A DNA stretch of 42,977 nt, taken from Candidatus Nanohaloarchaea archaeon. Lineage in GTDB: Archaea > Nanohalarchaeota > Nanosalinia > Nanosalinales > Nanosalinaceae. This document shows positions 37,672 through 42,977 of this stretch, piece by piece. The notes under the pieces were generated by a model, which saw nothing but the letters and a program-made list of their open reading frames with translations, was not told where the DNA came from and did not search any database. Numbering within the stretch: the stretch's first letter is position 1; each line of letters opens with the position of its first letter. Position numbers and translations under genes: made by a program. The DNA lies in the NCBI GenBank assembly GCA_041640075.1, contig JBEQAY010000005.1, positions 1-42,977 of the forward strand, read 5' to 3'.

Positions 37672-38538
37672 CTAATTTGAGTCCAGTGAGTTTTTTAGTT
37701 CCTGCCTTGTCGGAAGTGCAGCCATGGCACCTTTCTCCCGGATGGAAAGCGAGGCTGCATGCACAGCCTTTTCGAGAGCTGAATCGATACCTTCAGCCCT
37801 GAAAGCCAGGTATGCTCCTGCCAGTGCATCTCCTGCTCCTGTAGTATCCTCTACATCCACTTCTGGAGGTTTTACAGAGTGAGTTTCATCTCCTGTAATC
37901 ACTTCTGCTCCTTTCTCACCTCTACTAACCACTATCTCCTCAACATCTTCCAGAACTTCCTCAACACCTCCAAGTTGCCCTACCTCGTCTTCCGCGGCGA
38001 AAAGAATATCTGTATGTTCTATTACCTGTTTCAAGGTACTGAAGTATTCATCATCTACAAGTTCCTCTCTCAGATTTGGATCGAAGCTCACCATTGAATC
38101 AGTTTTCTCAAGAGCTTCAAGTATGTATTCCGCTGTTTCTTTATGCGTCAAGGGAAGGGAACCTACGTGAAGGATTTCCTGTTGATGGTCTATCTGTTGG
38201 CGAGTTATCTTCATATCTGCGCCTCTGTGAAAGCTGAAATCCGGCTCTGCATTCTCCTTGAGTGATACAAACGCCAGGGTAGTGTTATCCTCTATCTTTC
38301 TTATGGAAGATGTGTCTATATCTTCCTCTTCGAGCTTCTGAACCATGAGTTCTCCAAAGTGATCTTTTCCTACTGTAGCCGTCATTTTAGTGTCTGCTCC
38401 AAGTCTTGAAGCTGCCACTGTCAGATTTGCAGGCGCTCCTCCCGGCCTTCTGTGGTATTCCTGTACTTCTCTGAGTTTTTCTCCGTCTTTCCCGATCATG
38501 TCGACCAGGACTTCCCCTATACTGTTTATTTGAACGAT
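37672..38538 (-). CDS. PfkB-family carbohydrate kinase (fructokinase-like)
   Basis: PGGAPAN, SFDPNLR and DTTGAGD. The conserved N-terminal IGEVLVD lies upstream of the first ATG (38499), so the start is placed tentatively at ATC 38538. Confidence 0.88.
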   Translation of the reverse strand: MVQINSIGEVLVDMIGKDGEKLREVQEYHRRPGGAPANLTVAASRLGADTKMTATVGKDHFGELMVQKLEEEDIDTSSIRKIEDNTTLAFVSLKENAEPDFSFHRGADMKITRQQIDHQQEILHVGSLPLTHKETAEYILEALEKTDSMVSFDPNLREELVDDEYFSTLKQVIEHTDILFAAEDEVGQLGGVEEVLEDVEEIVVSRGEKGAEVITGDETHSVKPPEVDVEDTTGAGDALAGAYLAFRAEGIDSALEKAVHAASLSIREKGAMAALPTRQELKNSLDSN

Positions 38539-39413
38539 TTTCGGACACCTTCTAAGTATTCTTCAGCTCTTTCAAGCTCTTCAGTTTTTTCCTCGTCAGC
38601 GAGTTCTCCAACCATTATCTCGCCCTCTGGTTCTTCAAGCCCCCATTCCCTCATCTCCTCGTCAGCTACAGGTTGCTCGTGAGTGAGAAAGTTCAGTACC
38701 CATCCCGAGGTATGATGGTCATCGTCTTCATCGTTGCCGACGTATACCGTGGCCTCATCCACTTTACTCACTGCCTGATCCAGATCATCACCTACAGCCA
38801 CCCCGAAACCACCCAGTTCATCTGCCAGCCTTATAGCCTCCAGATCCCCGTTGCTATCCCCTGTATAGACAGGTTCGTGAGGATCTCGCCCGACCTGCTG
38901 TCGGTAGAACTCCTTGAGATTCTCTGGTTTCTGTGGACGGCCGTTGTAGAAAGGTTCTTCACCCACATCACCAGCTATTATACCATCAAAATGGCCGTTA
39001 GTCTGGGCCCGTGCAAGAGGCTGGAAACCAGCAGTAGAAAGAACGTTCAGACCTCCACGGTCCGATCTCGCACCTAAAACCGCTTCAAAACCTTTTCTAG
39101 GCTCCAGATCCAGTTCATCAACGTTTTGACGTGCGTACTCTGCAAAATCAGGGTTTTCGTACAGGAAAGTCACGAGAGGGTTGCTGTGGCCTCTGGGTTT
39201 TTCATCCGTCACCGCCTCCATCAAGGTGTCAAAATCATTTCTTTCATAGAGTTCCTGTCCTGATGGAAGATTTTCTCCAACCACTGTATCCGGCACGTAC
39301 TGGAACTCACCGTTGAAATCCGCTGAAGCTCTCAAAAGCTCATAACCCGAATCCGTGCCTATTACAGTATTATCCCAGTCCGTGACATAGTCTCTTGCTG
39401 CTGATTCACTCAT
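38526..39413 (-). CDS. HAD-superfamily hydrolase-like protein
   Basis: TDWDNT (DxDxT), STAG, K, and YTGDSNGD motif IV. Confidence 0.7.
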   Translation of the reverse strand: MSESAARDYVTDWDNTVIGTDSGYELLRASADFNGEFQYVPDTVVGENLPSGQELYERNDFDTLMEAVTDEKPRGHSNPLVTFLYENPDFAEYARQNVDELDLEPRKGFEAVLGARSDRGGLNVLSTAGFQPLARAQTNGHFDGIIAGDVGEEPFYNGRPQKPENLKEFYRQQVGRDPHEPVYTGDSNGDLEAIRLADELGGFGVAVGDDLDQAVSKVDEATVYVGNDEDDDHHTSGWVLNFLTHEQPVADEEMREWGLEEPEGEIMVGELADEEKTEELERAEEYLEGVRKSFK

Positions 39414-39477
39414 CAAGTTATCACCGCAAACACAATTCGTATTACGATGTATTACTTTGATCCTTTATAAATCCTTC

Positions 39478-40257
39478 TCAGAAATCAAGAACCATCAGAT
39501 CTTCCGCTACCACGACCTCTCCATAGAAAATCTCCTGTGCCTGAGGCTTCAGATCCTCCTTCTCTGCCTGCGGATACAGGTGTGAAAGAACCAGAGTTTC
39601 AACACCTGCTCTTTCAGCAAGCCTGGCGCACTCCTCGGCGTTCATATGGCCTTCAACCTCCTCTCCAGCGGGACGGGAGCAGTCAGCCACCAGCAGATCA
39701 GCACCATCGGCAAAACTTTCGAGCTCGGGGTTGTAGTCGGTATCTCCCGTAAAAACCACACTTTTCTCGCCGGAATCAAATTTTAGTGAAAGACATTTGA
39801 AGCCTTCAGGACCATGTAAAGCCTCTACAGAACGCATCACAAGATCTTCAGATATCTCCTGTTCATCCTTTATCTCCTGTATATCAACAGCAAAATCGAA
39901 CTTTTCCTGCATTTCAGAGGGTTTCTCCATCATCTCATGATGAATCCTGTCCTCAAGATATTTTACATGGCCTTCAGGACCGTAAAGAGTTAAACTCTCC
40001 TCTTCAGCTGAGAAAGACCGTACTACCTTGTCCTGTATCACAGGCAGCAGATCTGAGATATGATCAGCGTGTCTGTGTGTATTTACGACTGCATCGATAT
40101 CCTGCACTGAGTAATCAGTGTCGGGAATGTTCCCTGTGCTTCCTGTACCTGTATCAACCATCAGAACTTTTCCAGCCATCTCCAGTACGTATCCTGAGGA
40201 TGCTCTGTGGTTCTGTTCTATCACGCACGATCCTGAGCCCAGTACTGTAAGTTTCAA
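39478..40257 (-). CDS. Metallo-beta-lactamase-fold hydrolase (RNase Z/ElaC-like)
   Basis: LTVLGSG, DTG.G, THRHADH, H, FTGDT, GH and LSHLYP. TTG 40257 with AGGTG upstream is the likely start. Confidence 0.88.
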   Translation of the reverse strand: MKLTVLGSGSCVIEQNHRASSGYVLEMAGKVLMVDTGTGSTGNIPDTDYSVQDIDAVVNTHRHADHISDLLPVIQDKVVRSFSAEEESLTLYGPEGHVKYLEDRIHHEMMEKPSEMQEKFDFAVDIQEIKDEQEISEDLVMRSVEALHGPEGFKCLSLKFDSGEKSVVFTGDTDYNPELESFADGADLLVADCSRPAGEEVEGHMNAEECARLAERAGVETLVLSHLYPQAEKEDLKPQAQEIFYGEVVVAEDLMVLDF

Positions 40258-40262
40258 GAAAT

Positions 40263-41015
40263 TCACCTTTCGGAAAAATCCTTCCATTCGCCGCCGTAGA
40301 TATAGCCTGAAAGTTTTCTCTGGTCTGAAAGTCTTTCGAAGACGGCTTCAAGGCTTTCCTTACCTAGTTGATCAAATATCTCTGGTTCAAGCAGGTAAGT
40401 CCCGGCGTTGATAAGCCTGGAAGGCTCCTCACCAGATGAAGGCTTCTCCTCGAATCCAAGAATCGTTCTACCCTTTAGTCTAGCCACACCATACTCTGAA
40501 GGGTTGTTTACAGTGGTTAAAGCCATTGTAGCTACTGCTCTCTCGTCCCTGTGGACTTCAAGCATGTCTTCAAGGTCGACATCGCTTATAACATGTCCGT
40601 TGAGGGCAATAAATGTGCTGTTTATCCTGTCCTCTACTTTGGCAAGTGCTGCCGCCTTTCCCTTTGGTTCCTCCTCGGAAACGTACTCCAGATTTACGCC
40701 TCTATATCTTGAGCCAAAGTGTTCCTCTATTTCCTCCCTGTTCTTTCCTGTCAGAAGTATAACCCTCTGGATATCCTGCAGATCGAGATTATCTATTATA
40801 TGGGCGAGTACAGGTTTGCCTTCGTATTGGTTCATGGACTGGAGGTCTTCCCCTCCGCAGAAGATGACTGCGGTCCTGATCGACCTGTTCCTGAAGTATT
40901 CTTTGATTATGGTCTCGACCTGTCTAGAGCGGTTGACGTCGTTCATATCTGCTTCCGCGTCTATCGTGTCAACAAGCTCCTCTTCCAGAGTCAGTGAGAC
41001 GCGTTTCTTCGACAT
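40263..41015 (-). CDS. RHH DNA-binding domain fused to a degenerate sugar-phosphate nucleotidyltransferase domain
   Basis: N-terminus KKRVSLTLEEELVDTID...NRSRQVETII, then GKP, NGHV, YGV, FEEKP, INAGTY and W.D. The GxGxR loop is truncated. Confidence 0.85.
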   Translation of the reverse strand: MSKKRVSLTLEEELVDTIDAEADMNDVNRSRQVETIIKEYFRNRSIRTAVIFCGGEDLQSMNQYEGKPVLAHIIDNLDLQDIQRVILLTGKNREEIEEHFGSRYRGVNLEYVSEEEPKGKAAALAKVEDRINSTFIALNGHVISDVDLEDMLEVHRDERAVATMALTTVNNPSEYGVARLKGRTILGFEEKPSSGEEPSRLINAGTYLLEPEIFDQLGKESLEAVFERLSDQRKLSGYIYGGEWKDFSER

Positions 41016-41067
41016 ATCAAGAGTTTATGCCTCTACGTTTTAATTACTCACTCACGAAAAAACCGGT

Positions 41068-41973
41068 ATGAAAGTCGCAGTCACAGGTGGAGCAGGATTC
41101 ATAGGATCCCATCTAACCGAGGAACTCCTGGAAAATCACGATGTAAAGATAATCGACAACCTCTCCTCAGGACAGGAAGAAAACATACCGGAAGAAGCAG
41201 AGTTTTTCGAAGCAGATATCAAGGAAGACGATCTCGAAAAAATACTTGAAGACGTAGAAGCAGTTTTCCACCTTGCAGCGAACCCGAAAGTCAACACTTT
41301 CCCTGAAGACCGTGAAAAAGACTTCAACGAAAACCTGAAAGGAACGAAAAGAGTTCTGGAGGCCTGTGAAAGAACAGGCGTAGAGGAACTTGTCTTCGCC
41401 TCTAGTTCAGTAGTTTACGGTGAGGACACAGAGATACCGACACCCGAGGACGCAGATATGGATCCTATCTCGATGTACGGAGCGACGAAAGCTGGTGGAG
41501 AGCATATGTGCCAGGTATACCAGCAGATCTTCGACATAGATCTTACAATCGTGCGTCTGGCGAACATAGTCGGCGGCAGGAATCAGAAAGGAGTAATCTA
41601 CGACTTCATACACAAACTCAGAGATGAGCCGGAAAAACTGGTTATCCTTGGTAACGGGAAGCAGAGAAAATCATACCTACATGTTTCCGACACTGTCTCC
41701 GGGATTCTAAGCGCCTGGAAATCGAAAGAAACTGTTTTCAACATCGGATCCGAGGACTCCATCGATGTGGACGGTATAGCGGAGATCGTCGCTGATGAGA
41801 TGAATCTTGACCCGGATTACGAGTACACCGGCGGTGAAAAAGGGTGGGACGGTGACGTGCCGGAGATGCGGCTGGATATCGAAAAACTGAAGGAAACCGG
41901 CTGGAGACCTGAACATGATTCTGGTTCTTCAGTGCGTAAGACAGTTAAAGAACTGATCTCAAAACTGGATTGA
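41068..41973 (+). CDS. galE: UDP-glucose 4-epimerase-like extended SDR
   Basis: TGGAGFIGSH, ASSSVVYG, YGATK, GNGKQRKSY and GWDGDVP. Confidence 0.88.
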   Translation: MKVAVTGGAGFIGSHLTEELLENHDVKIIDNLSSGQEENIPEEAEFFEADIKEDDLEKILEDVEAVFHLAANPKVNTFPEDREKDFNENLKGTKRVLEACERTGVEELVFASSSVVYGEDTEIPTPEDADMDPISMYGATKAGGEHMCQVYQQIFDIDLTIVRLANIVGGRNQKGVIYDFIHKLRDEPEKLVILGNGKQRKSYLHVSDTVSGILSAWKSKETVFNIGSEDSIDVDGIAEIVADEMNLDPDYEYTGGEKGWDGDVPEMRLDIEKLKETGWRPEHDSGSSVRKTVKELISKLD

Positions 41974-42692
41974 TGGAGTACTTCAACGAGTTAACGGCTT
42001 TTGCAGCAGGTATAGTTCTGGCTTCAGTCCTGATAGCGCCGACTCCATCGCTTGACAGGCCTTTTGACGGTACACGTGAAGCCTCAGCCAATATAGCCGC
42101 TGTCTCAAGCGTAGGAACCGGAAGCCTTGGAGCAGTCAACGTCAAGGTCGGTCCTGGGGATGGAAGTGTGCTTCTGAATGCAGATCCTTTCATCGAGACG
42201 GATACACAGGTCTCCGCGAAGACTGCCAAGAAAGTAGCGGAAGAAGTGACTGGAGAAACTCTCGAAGGTAAAGACGTGACCTACAGATTCCAGATAAACG
42301 GAGAGTACGTTGGAGGGCCTTCTGCAGGTGCAGCCATGACACTGGCAACTATAGCAGCAACTGAAAACAGGACTGTACCTGAAGACGTCGCTGTAACAGG
42401 TACAATAAGAGCTGATGGCACCATTGGAAGAGTAGGTGGAATAATCGAGAAAGCAGAGGCAGCAGGAAGAAATGACCTTGAAACCTTCTACGTACCGGAC
42501 GGACAGGCAAACATCACCTACTACACACAGAAAATAGACAGAGAGGTAATCTATCCTGGCCTCTACACGTCAGAAGTTGAGTACGAGCAGAGAACCTTCT
42601 CAGTGAACAACTACACCCAGAGCGAGTACAACATGACCACCAGAGAGGTTTCAAATATTGAAGAGTTATACAGCGATGCCTGGAACAGGTAG
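41973..42692 (+). CDS. Lon-like S16 serine protease domain protein, exported or membrane-anchored, no ATPase domain
   Basis: N-terminal hydrophobic segment, GGPSAG (Ser), TGTI..DG.IG.VGGI.EK (Lys). Confidence 0.88.
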   Translation: MEYFNELTAFAAGIVLASVLIAPTPSLDRPFDGTREASANIAAVSSVGTGSLGAVNVKVGPGDGSVLLNADPFIETDTQVSAKTAKKVAEEVTGETLEGKDVTYRFQINGEYVGGPSAGAAMTLATIAATENRTVPEDVAVTGTIRADGTIGRVGGIIEKAEAAGRNDLETFYVPDGQANITYYTQKIDREVIYPGLYTSEVEYEQRTFSVNNYTQSEYNMTTREVSNIEELYSDAWNR

Positions 42693-42738
42693 AAAAGAAA
42701 ATAAGATAAAAAGAAATTGAATGAAGGCCTGAAAGCCT

Positions 42739-42977
42739 CTACATATAGCCCAATTCTCTGAGGCGGTTCATGATCTCCTCATCGTCCTTGTTCTGGGCTC
42801 TGCCTGCTCTCTCCTTCGTGTTCTCCACATCCTGTAGCCATGCAGGGATCTCATCAGACTTGTCGGTCGATACCTCTGATCCAAGGCTTCTGAATCCTGC
42901 CCAGTACTTCGGACTGATCGGTACGTCGTCCTTTGAAAGTCCTTCCGGCAGATCTGATTCGTCTTCAGGGTACTCTT
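42739..42977 (-). CDS. cysD: Sulfate adenylyltransferase subunit 2 (CysD), C-terminal fragment
   Basis: Manual translation ...VPISPKYWAGFRSLGSEVST...NTKERAGRAQNKDDEEIMNRLRELGYM* shows the CysD-type RSLG and ER.GRAQ motifs. Not in the ORF track. Confidence 0.82.
   Translation of the reverse strand, partial: EYPEDESDLPEGLSKDDVPISPKYWAGFRSLGSEVSTDKSDEIPAWLQDVENTKERAGRAQNKDDEEIMNRLRELGYM

Noticed and set aside
40408..41043. 211-aa plus-strand ORF
   Set aside because: Ser-rich antisense mirror of the Glu-rich RHH-nucleotidyltransferase gene.
1..42977. CRISPR array, IS elements, defence systems
   Set aside because: No regularly spaced repeats, transposase, cas or recognisable defence genes seen. 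The MazG-like gene has no toxin or defence partner next to it.

Overview
A gene-dense archaeal chromosomal segment with moderate GC and strongly Asp/Glu-rich proteins. Archaeal marker genes include uL16/L10e, NAC, MBF1, AglB and a short histone. This fits a salt-in halophile of the DPANN Nanohaloarchaeota type (inference). There are three blocks. (1) 594-11788: a sugar/cyclitol gene cluster with two divergent Gfo/Idh/MocA oxidoreductases, one intact and one catalytically degenerate GlmU-like nucleotidyltransferase, a PIG-L deacetylase coupled to a NodS-like methyltransferase, an inositol monophosphatase, a HAD phosphatase, a phosphohexomutase, an EamA transporter and two regulators. (2) 11.8-25.5 kb: housekeeping genes (histone, beta-carbonic anhydrase, MBF1, ROK kinase, tRNA-Ser(GCT), PRC-barrel, ribH, Ogg1, NAC, secDF). 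(3) 25.6-43 kb: a glycosylation locus with aglB, an Alg7/AglH-like transferase, GT-C, GT2, a flippase-like protein, epimerases, two Thr-nucleophile alkaline-phosphatase-superfamily enzymes, an RHH-nucleotidyltransferase fusion and the 3' end of cysD. The main observation is that three unrelated proteins in block 3 end in the same acidic-helix [RK]LxxLGY tail, suggesting a docking-peptide-based sulfate-activation and transfer system. I saw no CRISPR array, transposase or integrase. All calls are from motif recognition by eye; no database search was run.
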